The notes: generated by a model not told the origin, from the letters alone. Counted from the first letter of the stretch, positions 1 to 12,677 are shown. The stretch: 64,000 nt of DNA from Eledone cirrhosa (GCA_964016885.1 OZ024743.1:237584001-237648000); one strand, 5' to 3'. A program made the numbers and translations.

Positions 1-13
1 AGGCATATTGTTG

Positions 14-940
14 GTATGGGTGGTGGTGATGACGGTGATGAGAGTGGTGGTGGTGGTGATAGTGGTGATGACGGTGATGAGGGTGGTGGTGGTGGTGATA
101 GTGGTGATGATGGTGGTGGTGGTGATGGCGGTGATGAGGGTGGTGGTGATAGTGGTGATGATGGTGGTGGTGGTGATGGTGGTGGTGGTTACGGTGATGA
201 GGGTGGTGGTGACGGTGGTGGTGATGATGGTGGTGGTGACGGTGATGAGGGTTGTGGTGGTGATGATGGTGGTGGTGGTGGTGACGGTGATGAGGGTTGT
301 GGTGGTGATGATGGTGGTGGTGGTGGTGACGGTGATGATGGTGGTGGTGATGGTGACGGTGATGATGGTGGTGGTGGTGATGATGGTGGTGGTGGTGGTG
401 ACGGTGATGATGGTGGTGGTGATGGTGACGGTGATGATGGTGGTGGTGGTGATGAGTTTTAGGGCGGTGGTAGTAGTGGTGGTAATGTTTATTATAAAAA
501 CATTGTTATAGCTATTGCTGATGATGGGATGGTGGTGGTTTGGTGGTGTGATGGTGGTGGTGGTGGTGGCAGTGGTGGTGGTGGGGGGAGATGCTGGTGG
601 TGTGATGGTGGTGGTGGTGTTGGTGGCAGTGATGAGAATGATGGTGGTGTGGTGGAGATGGTGGTGGTGTGGCGGAGATGGTGGTGGTGTGGCGGAGATG
701 GTGGTGGTGTGGTGGAGATGGTGGCTGTGGTAGTGGTGATAATGTTATTATAGATTGTAAAAACAGGGTTATATAGCTATTGCTGATGGTGGTGGTGGTA
801 GCGGTGTGATGAGAGTGATGGTGTGGTGGTGGGGATGGTGGCTACGGTGTGGTGGTGGTGATAGTGGCGGCGGTGGTGGTTGTGATGAGAGTGGTGGTGG
901 TGGTGGTGGTGGCGATGGTGTGGTGGTGGTGGTGGTTGCG
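14..940. repeat. (GGT/GAT)n low-complexity trinucleotide tract
   Basis: Direct; explains the poly-V/M and poly-G/D ORFs. Confidence 0.95.
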
Positions 941-1104
941 ATACCAGTGTGTGGGTAGGTTTGTGGTAAAGGAAGTGATGTGACTGTAAGTGTGTGAGAG
1001 GACGGGGAGGTGGTCTCTACTGTTGCCCCACTAGAAATATTATCTTCTACACAGAAACACTGTTTATGTCCCATATAATATAACCTACCCTACATTTGAT
1101 GAGC

Positions 1105-1545
1105 CGACAAGGGCTTCTCCACATAGTCAGTAGCCCTGCCAGAAATAACAGCAATGTCATCAATAAATCACACCCTACTCTCTTATATAAGAGGTTATGA
1201 TGGATAGTAATATCCTGGGGTCTAAGTACGGGGTAGTCACGGTTGTAATACATTTGATCATAGGTCTGCTCAATCAGATATGTTCTGGGGTTAAACAGCA
1301 ACAACAGCACCAACAATCATCAATAGAAGCTGAACAACAATTAAACCAACAAAGGAGCCTCTATGTGGTCGTTCAACCTGCTAGAAATTGTACCAAAATC
1401 TTCCTCAAACCACACTCTAGTGTCGTAAAAAAAGAACATATGTTTATCAATGTAGTTGTAATTACATTCTATCTAGAAAGGGACTGGATAGTCGTGGCTG
1501 AAGCGTCTTTCATAGCTCTGTTTCATCAGTCCTAACCAATACAAT
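1105..1545 (+). mobile_element. Two adjacent degenerate copies of a dispersed repeat (core cctgctagaaatagcagccaaatctccctcaaatcacaccctac, tail tttgatcataggtctgctcaatcag...aacaac)
   Basis: Same core recurs at ~18600-18670 (-), ~27280-27340 (-), ~30410-30500 (+) and ~38030-38160 (-). Confidence 0.7.
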
Positions 1546-1744
1546 AACAACACAAAACTAATCTCACTAACCTACCGCCAACAACATAATACACATAACA
1601 CACACATTAACAGTCTGACCTATTTATGCATTACCAGCGGTTTCATAGACACAAACACGTGAAGTTATCAGTCCTACCCTTCCTGATATTAGGACCGCTG
1701 CTTGAGATATGACATGGCCGTGCTGGGGCATTGCCATTCCCGCT

Positions 1745-2045
1745 ACACTTTCTATAGCCAGCCTTCCTTGGTTGACCATTAATGTAAAAGGGAGTTTGTC
1801 ACCGCTGTCTATATTTGTACCTCGTCACGTGCTGAGGGTTTATCTGGGAACTTGGTCAGTAAAATGACGAGATGTTTCTTAAAAACATCTACTGCCACAC
1901 CATGTAGATCTCTCGGATGTTTTGGCGGTTTATTAAAAAGCTGGGGGCCTTTCAACCCCAGTTTATTAGAGTATCTGGGTCTTTCTCTAGATGTGAAGAA
2001 TGGGACCTTTGGCACCACACAGTAGCGTCATGTTGGAGTGTGAGT
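1745..2045 (-). pseudogene. CR1-group LINE ORF2 C-terminal remnant
   Basis: Translation LKGPQLFNKPPKHPRDLHGVAVDVFKKHL...FPDKP resembles the GP.LFN.LP..LR...VD.FK..LD.....PD.P tail of CR1-group RT proteins. Confidence 0.7.
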
Positions 2046-2105
2046 CCCGGTTTCTTTTCAATTAAACCGTTCTAGTCCTGTAGAAGCCATTTCTATATTA
2101 AACAT

Positions 2106-2153
2106 ATGTATGTGTGTTTGTGTGTGTGTGTTTGTGTGCGTGTGTGTTTGTAT

Positions 2154-2222
<69 letters not shown>

Positions 2223-2282
2223 TATGTGTGTGTTTGTGTATGTGTGTGTGTGTGTGTGTATGTGTGTGTATGTATGTGTGTG

Positions 2283-2316
<34 letters not shown>

Positions 2317-2378
2317 TGTATGTATGTGTGTGTGTGTGTGTGTGTTTGTGTGTGTATGTGTGTGTATGTATGTGTGTG

Positions 2379-2410
<32 letters not shown>

Positions 2411-2414
2411 TGTA

Positions 2415-2445
<31 letters not shown>
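2106..2445. repeat. Compound (TG)n/(TATG)n microsatellite
   Basis: Direct. Confidence 0.95.
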
Positions 2446-2450
<5 letters not shown>

Positions 2451-2656
2451 TTCATATTTCTATAATCTGTTGATCGTCATTCGACCAGTAGATAGAGAAC
2501 TAATTAGTAAGAAATTGTGTTATCAAAACAACTCGGATTTCAACCAAACTGGTTATCAGTAATTCTACCTAGCACCACCCCCAATATATCACCATGGCTC
2601 ACACACACATTATATATATTTATACATACACACACATTATATATATATATATATAT

Positions 2657-2736
<80 letters not shown>

Positions 2737-2772
2737 GCGTACTGTCTCTCTGTTTTGTTCTCGTTCCATTTT

Positions 2773-2848
<76 letters not shown>

Positions 2849-2911
2849 AATACGCACGTTATATATATATATATATATATATGCATGCGCACATATATTT
2901 ATATTTAAATA

Positions 2912-2952
<41 letters not shown>

Positions 2953-2957
<5 letters not shown>

Positions 2958-3150
2958 AAAATGTTCAAGACCCCGGCAGCAGAGCTCAAGCCGTTTCGAC
3001 GGCTATTTCTAGAGTCCAGAAATAGCCGTCGAAACGGCTTGAGCTCTGCCGTCGGGGTCTTGAACATTTTCCTATTACCCACTCAACTACCCAAAATATT
3101 GAGTACTCTGGTGCGTTATGGTCCACCTGGTTCCTTATCACACTTCCTTC

Positions 3151-3152
<2 letters not shown>
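2953..3152 (+). mobile_element. Fold-back PLE terminal-repeat derivative (family B): 58-bp inverted arms plus unique tail, between (TA)n tracts
   Basis: Arms 2953-3010 and 3018-3075; the right arm holds an HHR 3' half, GAAA-CGGC-loop-GCCG-UC-GGGG. Confidence 0.75.
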
Positions 3153-3221
<69 letters not shown>

Positions 3222-3263
3222 GAAACATAAGTCAACTGCATGAACTCATAATCCTTTATTTAT

Positions 3264-3315
3264 TGCTATATATATTTCGATGATAGCCATTGAATGGCTA
3301 TGACCTCATCAGGCA
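3264..3315 (-). ncRNA. Type I hammerhead ribozyme motif (minimal stem III)
   Basis: Minus strand: tgc-CTGATGA-ggtc-atagcca-ttcaa-tggctat-catc-GAAA-tatata-TA-gca, followed by AATAAA. Confidence 0.75.
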
Positions 3316-3376
3316 GTTAGTCAGTTTTTAGATATGCCAGCTCTGTGTGTATAGTGTTGATGGTATCAGAGCCTTG

Positions 3377-3430
<54 letters not shown>

Positions 3431-3445
3431 ATATATATGTATGTA

Positions 3446-3516
<71 letters not shown>

Positions 3517-3525
<9 letters not shown>

Positions 3526-3598
3526 GCCGAGCGGTTAAGGCGATTGACTAGAAATCCGCTAGGGTTTCCCCACATAAGGTCGTGTCCTTTCGGTAATA
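3517..3598 (+). pseudogene. Degenerate tRNA-Ser(AGA) copy
   Basis: tggccgagcggttaaggcgattgactAGAaatcc...gggtttcccc matches the eukaryotic tRNA-Ser D arm, anticodon arm and variable arm; acceptor and T stems are broken. Confidence 0.75.
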
Positions 3599-3750
3599 TT
3601 TATGCTAATTATAAATCCAGCTCTGGCTGTGTGAACCGTCCCTTCAGTGAAGGACCTATGTAATTGGCGATCCAATAAATTCAAATCAAATAGTGTAAAG
3701 AATGCGAGTTTTAAACGAGTATAAACAGTAACTAACTTTCTCATTATTAA

Positions 3751-3940
3751 GGCGGATTGGCAGTATCGGAGAGGGTCGGACGCCATGCTTTGACGCATAG
3801 AGTTACGGCCCTTGCCATTCTGAGTTCAAATCCCGCCGAGGTTATCTTTGCCTTTCATCCTTACGGGGTCGATAAAATAAAGTACCAGTAATGCACTGGG
3901 TAATTGCTCGCCTTGTACCAAAAGTAGAAACAATTATTAA
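3751..3940 (+). mobile_element. tRNA-derived SINE family 1 (core ctttgcctttcatccttacggggtcgataaaataaagtaccagt, resembles the Meta-type domain)
   Basis: B-box gagttcaaatccc, conserved core, tail ccttgt...agaaacaattatt; more than 15 copies in the window. Confidence 0.85.
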
Positions 3941-4338
3941 GCTGGTGTTAGGAACATAACTTAACAAAAGTTCTTACGATGAAAGGATTTTAGATAAGTA
4001 TTAATATTCTAAAACAGTTTTGTATCATATGACCATGGGCTGGTGTTTGGAACATAACTTAACAAAGGTTCTTACGATGGAATGATTTAAGATAAATATT
4101 AATATTTTAAGTCATCTTGTATTATATGACCAAGGGCTGGTGTTTGGAACATAACTTAAAGGTTCTTACGCAAGTCAAATAGTGTAAAGAATGTGAGTTT
4201 TAAACGAGTATAAACACTAACCAACTTTCTCATTATTAAGCTGGTGTTTGGAGCATAACGTAACAAAGGTTCTTACGATGGAATGATTTAAGATAAATAT
4301 TAATATTTTAAGCCATCTTGTATAATATGACCAAGGCT
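3941..4338. repeat. ~98-bp local tandem duplications (4 unit starts)
   Basis: gctggtgtt(t/a)ggaacataacttaacaaaggttcttacg recurs at ~3941, 4039, 4136 and 4240. Confidence 0.85.
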
Positions 4339-4484
4339 GATATCAAAAGTATTTTTATATATTTTACTGGATTAACAATATATTTCTGTCAAATATAATA
4401 CTTCTCAGTGACTCAGCTCTACATATTGCGGACCGGAATCTCTAAACCTATAGAGTATATACCATTGAAGTGAACATATCTACT

Positions 4485-4736
4485 AGGAAGCATGGCTTAG
4501 TGGTTAGAGCATTGGGCTTGCAATCGAAAGGTTGTGAGTTCAATTCTCGGAGCGGGTGATGTGTTGTTTCCTTGAGCAAGACACTTTATTTCAAGTTGCT
4601 CCAGTTTACTCAGCTGTAGAAATGAGATGATAGGACTGGGGTCCCTATCATTAAATTATCCAAGACACCTCCAACGAGATATCCCTTGGAGGAGGCCAGC
4701 TAAACCTGTATAGGTGTGCTGTAACAACAACAACAA
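4485..4736 (+). mobile_element. tRNA-derived CORE-type SINE (family 2)
   Basis: A-box tggcttagtggtt, B-box gagttcaattc, CORE-like ccttgagcaagacactttatttca.gttgctccagtt, (AAC)n tail; near-identical inverted copy at 53540-53775. Confidence 0.85.
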
Positions 4737-4874
4737 AAGCATTTGCTAGAGAATGTGTGTAAAGTTAGGTTTTTCTACGTCTATATCTGTGATTGTCACC
4801 ACTCAACCGTAGAAGATATCAGGTTTAAGAGATTTAGAATAGAAGTACGATTGTGTCTAGATGGGCGTTAACGA

Positions 4875-5310
4875 GTGTATATATTTCTATATATATATGT
4901 GTATTGTGTATAGATCTATATATATGTGTATATATTTCTATATATATGTGTATAGATTTCTATATATATGTATATATATTTCTATATATATGTATATATA
5001 TTTCTATATATATTTCTATATGTATATATATTTCTATATATATGTATATATATTTCTATATATATGTATATATATTTCTATATATATGTGTATATATTTA
5101 TATATATATATGTGTATATATTTATATATATATGTGTATAGATTTCTATATATGTGTGTATATATTTCTGTGTATATGTGTATATATTTCTATATATTTA
5201 TATATGTATATATATTTCTATATATATGTATATATATTTCTATATGTATATATATTTCTATATATATGTGTATATATTTCTATATATATGTGTATATATT
5301 TATATATATA
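4875..5310. repeat. AT-rich ~20-24 bp minisatellite (gtatatatatttctatatatat)
   Basis: Direct. Confidence 0.9.
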
Positions 5311-5660
5311 CTTCGTTTTTGTATTTGTTTTGCGAGATTTCTTATCTGAAAACGTGTTATGAAACAGATATTGTTATACTTTGGGAGGGTCATGTTGCCA
5401 ATAAAAACACACGCACCTGTTGATTTTCACTTTAATCTATTACAAAGTTGGCCGGTTGGTTGGGTAACCAAAAGGTTGTCTATTTATTGTCAAAGCTCTT
5501 TCGTCACACATTCTGTGACACAACACACAAAAACAAGATGTAGGACAGAACAAAAGAGAGACACAAAATAACAAATTAATCACCGAGGAAGAATTAATCT
5601 GTGACAGAAGAATTAATCTGTGACAGAATTAATCTGTGACGAAAGAGCTTTAACTAAATA
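5311..5660. mobile_element. Rearranged PLE terminal repeat, same family as 14740-16948 (inverted plus direct pieces)
   Basis: 5311-5520 is homologous to 14740-14980; 5521-5570 is homologous to 16680-16740; HHR 3' halves tgtgacgaaagagcttt are present in both orientations. Confidence 0.8.
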
Positions 5661-5784
5661 ACACATTTAAAATGTCACACTGGACTTTGTTACTTGGTGG
5701 TGAAAAAATAGGAGGGATAATACTGCAGACAAGCTGTAAGGGGATCAAATAAATATATATATTAATGGAACCAAACTCCCACTG

Positions 5785-7590
5785 TCACTTCCCTCGTCTC
5801 TCACTATTATAAGTCAATGGGGGTCCACGCACTGGTCGCCCCGCGGCCCCGGCGGATAGAATAGAGAAGGTATTTTCCCGGAAAAGGGTGAGGAAGATGC
5901 GTTGGAAGAGCCATTCCAGCTCGCAAGGCTCACACCTGAGGGTAGCCAACTCTGTGCCGATGATGGTGAGTAGGGAGGTGGTCCTAGAGACAAGGAAACC
6001 AGAGACACCAGAAGCTGATGGTGGTGAGTAGGGAGGTGGTCCTAGAGACAAGGACACCAGAGACACCAGAAGTCGATGGTGGTTAGTAGGGAGGTGGTCC
6101 TAGAGACAAGGACACCAGAGACACCAGAAGTCGATGGTGGTTAGTAGGGAGGTGGTCCTAGAGACAAGGACACCAGAGACACCAGAAGCTGATGATGGTG
6201 AGTAGGGAGGTGGTCCTAGAGACAAGGACACCAGAGACACCAGAAGCTGATGATGGTGAGTAGGGAGGTGGTCCTAGAGACAAGGACACCAGAGACACCA
6301 GAAGCTGATGGTGGTGAGTAGGGAGGTGGTCCTAGAGACAAGGACACCAGAGACACCAGAAGCTGATGGTGGTGAGTAGGGAGGTGGTCCTAGAGACAAG
6401 GACACCAGAGACACCAGAAGTCGATGGTGGTTAGTAGGGAGGTGGTCCTAGAGACAAGGACACCAGAGACACCAGAAGTCGATGGTGGTTAGTAGGGAGG
6501 TGGTCCTAGAGACAAGGACACCAGAGACACCAGAAGTCGATGGTGGTGAGTAGGGAGGTGGTCCTAGAGACAAGGACACCAGAGACACCAGAAGTCGATG
6601 GTGGTTAGTAGGGAGGTGGTCCTAGAGACAAGGACACCAGAGACACCAGAAGTCGATGGTGGTTAGTAGGGAGGTGGTCCTAGAGACAAGGACACCAGAG
6701 ACACCAGAAGTCGATGGTGGTGAGTAGGGAGGTGGTCCTAGAGACAAGGACACCAGAGAACCAGAAGCTGATGTTGGTTAGTAGGGAGGTGGTCCTAGAG
6801 ACAAGGACACCAGAGACACCAGAAGTTGATGGTGGTGAGTAGGGAGGTGGTCCTAGAGACAAGGACACCAGAGACACCAGAAGTTGATGGTGGTGAGTAG
6901 GGAGGTGGTCCTAGAGACAAGGACACCAGAGACACCAGAAGTCGATGGTGGTTAGTAGGGAGGTGGTCCTAGAGACAAGGACACCAGAGACACCAGAAGT
7001 TGATGGTGGTGAGTAGGGAGGTGGTCCTAGAGACAAGGACACCAGAGACACCAGAAGTTGATGGTGGTGAGTAGGGAGGTGGTCCTAGAGACAAGGACAC
7101 CAGAGACACCAGAAGTTGATGGTGGTGAGTAGGGAGGTGGTCCTAGAGACAAGGACACCAGAGACACCAGAAGTTGATGGTGGTGAGTAGGGAGGTGGTC
7201 CTAGAGACAAGGACACCAGAGACACCAGAAGTTGATGGTGGTTAGTAGGGAGGTGGTCCTAGAGACAAGGACACTAGAGACACCAGAAGCTGATGGTGGT
7301 TAGTAGGGAGGTGGTCCTAGAGACAAGGACACCAGAGACACCAGAAGCTGATGGTGGTTAGTAGGGAGGTGGTCCTAGAGACAAGGACACCAGAGACACC
7401 AGAAGCTGATGGTGGTTAGTAGGGAGGTGGTCCTAGAGACAAGGACACCAGAGACACCAGAAGCCGATGATGGTGGTTAGTAGGGAGGTGGTCCTAGAGA
7501 CAAGGACACCAGAGACACCAGAAGTCGATGGTGGTGAGTAGGGAGGTGGCCCTAGAGACAAGGACACCAGAAGTTTCCACTGCTAGTGGT
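5785..7590 (-). pseudogene. CRE-type RLE non-LTR retrotransposon C-terminal remnant interrupted by a tandem array
   Basis: PLAVETSGVL..[array]..TTSLLTIIGTELATLRCEPCELEWLFQRIFLTLFRENTFSIL fits the P.A.ET.G...QR.S....RGNA motif. Confidence 0.7.
5959..7573. repeat. 58-bp tandem array, ~28 copies
   Basis: Unit gacaccagagacaccagaagtcgatggtggttagtagggaggtggtcctagagacaag; period 58. Confidence 0.97.
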
Positions 7591-7949
7591 TAGAGGGACC
7601 AGTTAGGAAAAAAATTAAAAAGTTTAAATTTCCTGTATTTTTTTAATTCCGATTTCTCCGACTTTCCCCTATATCTGTTTACCACCCAAACTACTCAAAA
7701 TAAATCCGAATATATTTTAATGGTTTGTTTCAACATTAAATTTATCAGGTTTGTGAAAGGGGGGAGGGGTGGGGCTACAGAGCAGTGACGTAAAGACACA
7801 CACATATACATACAAAGCACTCAACATGTCAACGGTAATGTCAACACATTTCCACTTTTCAAAATGACATACGTCTGTGTATTTGTATGAGAGATGTGTC
7901 TCCATATACAGACACACACATACATGTATACAAGAGTGTATATATATAT

Positions 7950-8241
7950 ATTTTTCGTTGCATTACCATCTTTGATTGTTTACTGTCTCGCTCGTTCCCC
8001 CTATTTACGTATCCCAACGACTTTCTTTAGCCGTTGCTCGCACCAACCGGACGTATATGGTCTTTAAAGCGATGAAATACCAATGAAGGTTGGAAGATCA
8101 CTGATGAAGGACTAAATTTATTCATATATATATATATATATACACACACTCACACCACACACACATATATATATATAGATAGATAACAGCGACTATGAAT
8201 AAACGAAGTTAATTTTAACCTGTTGAGTTACTCTTCTTGTT

Positions 8242-8245
<4 letters not shown>
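7950..8245 (+). mobile_element. Probable PLE 3' terminal remnant with HHR 5' half, interrupted by microsatellite
   Basis: ca-CTGATGA-aggactaaattt at ~8099-8120; downstream AATAAA and gttgagt motif. Confidence 0.45.
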
Positions 8246-8277
<32 letters not shown>

Positions 8278-8483
8278 ACTAAGGAATTGTGGTAAGGAAC
8301 CAAATGGACCATAACGCACCAGAGTACTCAATACTTAGGGTAGTAGAGTGGGTAATAGAAAAAGGTATGACCCCGACGGCAGAGCTGAAGCCGTTTCAAC
8401 GGCTATTTCTGGACTAAATTAGAATTTAGTCCAGAAATAGCCGTCGAAACGGCTTGAGCTCTGCCGTCGGGGTCATACCTTTT

Positions 8484-8488
<5 letters not shown>
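8278..8488 (-). mobile_element. Fold-back PLE derivative, family B (66-bp arms, 2-nt spacer), tail on the left
   Basis: Arms 8355-8420 and 8423-8488; the tail is the reverse complement of 3076-3150. Confidence 0.75.
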
Positions 8489-8545
<57 letters not shown>

Positions 8546-8594
8546 CATAGTACCTGTCAAATATGACGTGGTTTATAGCAAAAACACTTCTTTT

Positions 8595-8860
8595 TCTTCT
8601 TCGCCCACTTATTCCCGAGAGGGGGTCGTGGGTGACAGAGTCCTTAAACACTCCTTCCAGCAGGTTCTGCCATCTCCAACTGAGCTGTGAGTTCTCAATT
8701 CGGAGAAGTAACGGCTCTACCTGGAGAGACTCTCTCATCTCCAAACTATACACTCTATCGAGTAACATCACTCCAAAGACCCTTCGGAGGAACCCCATTT
8801 CGACTGCTTCTATTCACGATCGTATTCTTTCGGTCATTACCCAAGATTCATGACCAATAC
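8595..8860 (-). pseudogene. RTE-clade LINE 3' fragment
   Basis: GHESWVMTERIR..EMGFLRRVFGV.LLDRV...EMRESLQVEPLLLRIENSQL; (GAA)n-like tail. Confidence 0.85.
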
Positions 8861-9042
8861 CATATCCCTCAATTTAATAATTCCTTGATTCCAGCATTCT
8901 ATGTAACTAGGTTTCACTTCATCTTCTTACTCCGGCCATCCTTGTATTTTATTTCACAATAATTTCCTTTCCTATTCTATTCCGTCAGACCAGAGAGAAA
9001 AATAATCTTTAAATATACTTCTGTGTATTTTCAACTTCTCAC

Positions 9043-9090
<48 letters not shown>

Positions 9091-9093
<3 letters not shown>

Positions 9094-9152
9094 TCCAGAA
9101 TTAGCCGTCGAAACGGCTTGAGCTCTGCCGTCGGGGTTAAACATTTTCCTAT
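9091..9152 (+). mobile_element. Family B half copy starting in HHR stem II
   Basis: gtccagaattagccgtcGAAAcggcttgagctctgccGTCgggg between (TA)n tracts. Confidence 0.7.
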
Positions 9153-9372
9153 ATATATATATATATACGATATTTATACTCTGCTATGTATTGAGTACCT
9201 TACTTGCTCTGGTTACCCCCGATTGAAACCGGGATAATACACACACACACACATACACATGTATGATATATATATATATATCTGAGAGAGATGAGAGAGA
9301 GAGAGAGAGAGAAAGAGAGAAAGAAAGTGAGAGAGAGAGAAAGAGAGAGAGAGAGGGAAAGAGAGAGAGAGA

Positions 9373-9445
<73 letters not shown>

Positions 9446-9752
9446 CAAGTGGACAATTATCCATTTCTCTTTGTTTCATTTTCAGTATTCAGTCTTCTTT
9501 GTTGTTTTAATACTAGGTAGTGTTTGTTGTTGTTGTAGTGGTTGTGAGAACGAGACGCCCCTTGCCTTAAAACATCTGTTGCCGAGGATGGGCTGGTGTC
9601 AGTCTTTGCTACCCTCCTTCTCATTTCACCGCCATGTTTATAGTGGTCGTAACACATCAGTGATTTATAAAGAAAGGTGCGTGACTGTGGCTTAATGGTT
9701 AACTTGCTTGGCTTACAATCGTAAGATCATAAATATCGGGTCTCGATCACAT

Positions 9753-11760
9753 TTATTAAATGTTACTAATCTATCTCCAGTGAAATATTATTTTAAATCG
9801 TAGCATTTCTGCGACAATTAATTTTCATTATACATTAAAAAAACATTATACATGACAAAAAAGTACTTTACTAGAAATACCACATGTTATAAAATAAATA
9901 GGATGGGTTGGGGTCTCAATATGTAAACTAAACGACTAATTCTGGTTTTTAAAAATCAAAGGAGACAACCTAGAAAAATTATCGATTTTCCAACACCCTT
10001 CCTTATTCCAACCCCCTCTCCCTATTATTTGGGACCCGAGAGTAGATTTCCGGGACTTGAAGGCACGTTATGTCCTTGAGCAAGACACTTTATTTCATGT
10101 TGCTCCAGTTCCCTCAGGTGAAATAAAAGTTGCACCTGTAATTGAGACGGTCAACCTTGTCATCTGCTGTGTCATCTCCCCGAGGACTTCATTAATGGTA
10201 CACGTGTCTGTGGAATACTCAGTCATGTCACATACTGTGTCATACTGAATCTCCCTGAGAACTACGTTAAGGTTACACGTGTCTGTGGAATGCTCAGCCA
10301 CTTTTACGAGCAGGAACACTCAACATCAGAAAAAACGTTCGTCCAACACACGTACACATACATACATATATACACACACACATATACACATACATACATA
10401 TACATACACACATACATACACATACACACGCATACACCCACAAACATACACACACATCATTTTTGTAAGTAGAATTTGAGGACAATTGGACTACTTTCTC
10501 TAGCAGGTGTGGATTCACCTAGAAACTTCCTAGTTTCAGATAAGAGCGAGATATAATCAAGGTAATACATACAGGTAATGGTGTAGAACTAGGGGGAGGG
10601 GTAGAAAGAGAGAGAGAAGAGAGGGGAGAGAGAGAGGGAGAGAGAGGGGGAGGGGGTAGAAAGAGAGAGAAAAGAGAGGGGAGAGAGAAAGGGGAGAAAT
10701 GACAGCTGCGAGCAGGTGATTTTTTGACTGACAAAGCATTGTTAGCGAGTGTAGTATGGCGGCTGTGTAGCACTCCCTGGTACCTAAACAGTGGCGTACG
10801 GCAACGACCAGTTTCTTACTGTCAGCTGTCTTGTGTAAAGATATTACTAGATGTAATGACTGTCTTTGTTCATGTCACATTGACATCTGTGTAACGATGC
10901 CGTTTCATGTCACCCGACAGATGTCAGTATTTGAAACAGGTGAAAGAAATCGATAAGTAATTAAAACACCTGACTTATGAAATATCAGCAGCCCTGCCTC
11001 CTCTCACCTGAGTTTATTAATCTTCTCCAGTCTCCAATAATCGACCCCGCTCCTCATTAATTTTTTCAATCTCACCACCCCCTTATTAAATGTTACTAAT
11101 CTATCTCCGGCCAAATTTTATTTTAAGTGGTAGCATTCCTGCGACAATTAATTTTCATTAAACATTACAAAACATTATACATGACAAACAAGTACATTAC
11201 TAGAAATCCCATATGTTATAAAATAGGATGGGTTGGAGTCTCAATATGAAAACTAAACGACTAATTCTGGTTTTTAAAAATCAAAGGAGATTTTCCAACA
11301 CCCTTCCTTATTCCAACCCCCTCTCCCTATTATTTGGGACCCGAGAGTAGATTTCCTGGACTTGAAGGCACGTTATGTCCTTGAACAAGACACTTTATTT
11401 CATGTTGCTCCAGTTCCCTCAGGTGAAATAAAAGTTGCACCTGTAATTGAGACGGTCAACCTTGTCATCCGCTGTGTCATCTCCCCGAGGACTTCATTAA
11501 TGGTACACGTGTCTATGGAATACTCAGTCATGTCACACACTGTGTCATACTGAATCTCCCAGAGAACATTACTAGGGTACATTACTAGAAATCCCATATG
11601 TTATAACATAAATAGGATGGGTAGGGTTTTAATATGTAAACTAAACGACTAATTCTGGTTTTTAAAAAGCAAGGGAGACAACCTAGAAAAATTATCGATT
11701 TTCCAGCACCCCACCTCCCGCTTATTCCAACTACCCCCTATCATTTGGGCCCAAAGAATA
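9753..11760. repeat. Local direct duplications: 9753-10262 ~ 11083-11567, and a partial third copy at 11578-11760; contain a Tc1/mariner-like MITE end and a CORE-SINE piece
   Basis: Near-identical by eye; ORFs 10057-10248 and 11362-11553 translate almost identically; MITE-like end ccctattatttgggacccgagagta. Confidence 0.85.
10698..10975. promoter_or_regulatory. Candidate enhancer: dense TGACA (TALE/Meis-type) and E-box cluster
   Basis: 7 TGACA/TGTCA sites and 7 E-boxes (CAGCTG, CAGGTG, CAGATG types) in ~275 bp of unique sequence. Confidence 0.4.
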
Positions 11761-12029
11761 CCTAAAATAAATATTTGAGGCGGAGAATTGGCAGTCGTTA
11801 TACATACATTCACTTGTATATAGAAGATTTGAAGCGCAGCATGGCCGAATCTTTAAAAGGTTCGAATTTTATAAAATTATGCATGGTCCCTTTACTCTTG
11901 AGGGAGTTGAAGGGTCGGCATATTGACATACAACGTTTCTAGGGCATTTTAAAACCTGTCGGAACCCTTCTCCTAGGTTTCTTCAGAGAAATATAGAAAG
12001 TGGGAGAGAATGGAAGTGAGAAAGAGATA

Positions 12030-12667
12030 TAGAGGAAGAATCGACCTTAGTATAAGACTGGTACTTCTTTTATCGACCTCGAAAGGATGAAAGGCAAAGT
12101 TGACCTCGGCAGGATTTGAACCCAGAGAACAGAGAATCAGAATGAATACCATCAAGTATTCTAACCAACGTTCTAACAACTCTGACAATTCGTCGCCATT
12201 TTATAAAAATATTATCTTTGTAAAGATACAATAAACATAGTTTCTATTTCAAATTACTAAGACCAACGTATAATAATTGTTTCTACTTTTGGCACAAGGC
12301 CAGTATTATCTCAGTGTATTACTGGTACTTTATTTTATCGATCCCGTAAGGATGAAAGGCAAAGTTAACCTCGGCGGGATTGAACTCAGACCACAAAGGG
12401 CCGTAACTCTATGCTATAACGCATGGCGTCAGACCCTCTACCGATACTGCCAATCCAATGGTTTCTAATTAAGGTACAAGGTCAGCAGCTTGGAAGGTAA
12501 GGAAGTCAATCATATTGGCCCCAGTACTTAACTGGTATTTAATTTTATTGATCTCGGAAGGGCGAAAGGTAAAGATGAGCTCGGTAGGAAGTGAGAACAT
12601 AAAGAGGCATAACTAAATACTGTGATGGGATTTTTTTCCGACATCCTCACCACTCCACCAATCCGCC
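12030..12667 (-). mobile_element. Three SINE family 1 copies (12030-12200, 12275-12460, 12460-12667)
   Basis: Reverse complement of the family 1 core in each. Confidence 0.85.
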
Positions 12668-12677
12668 AGATGGAGAG

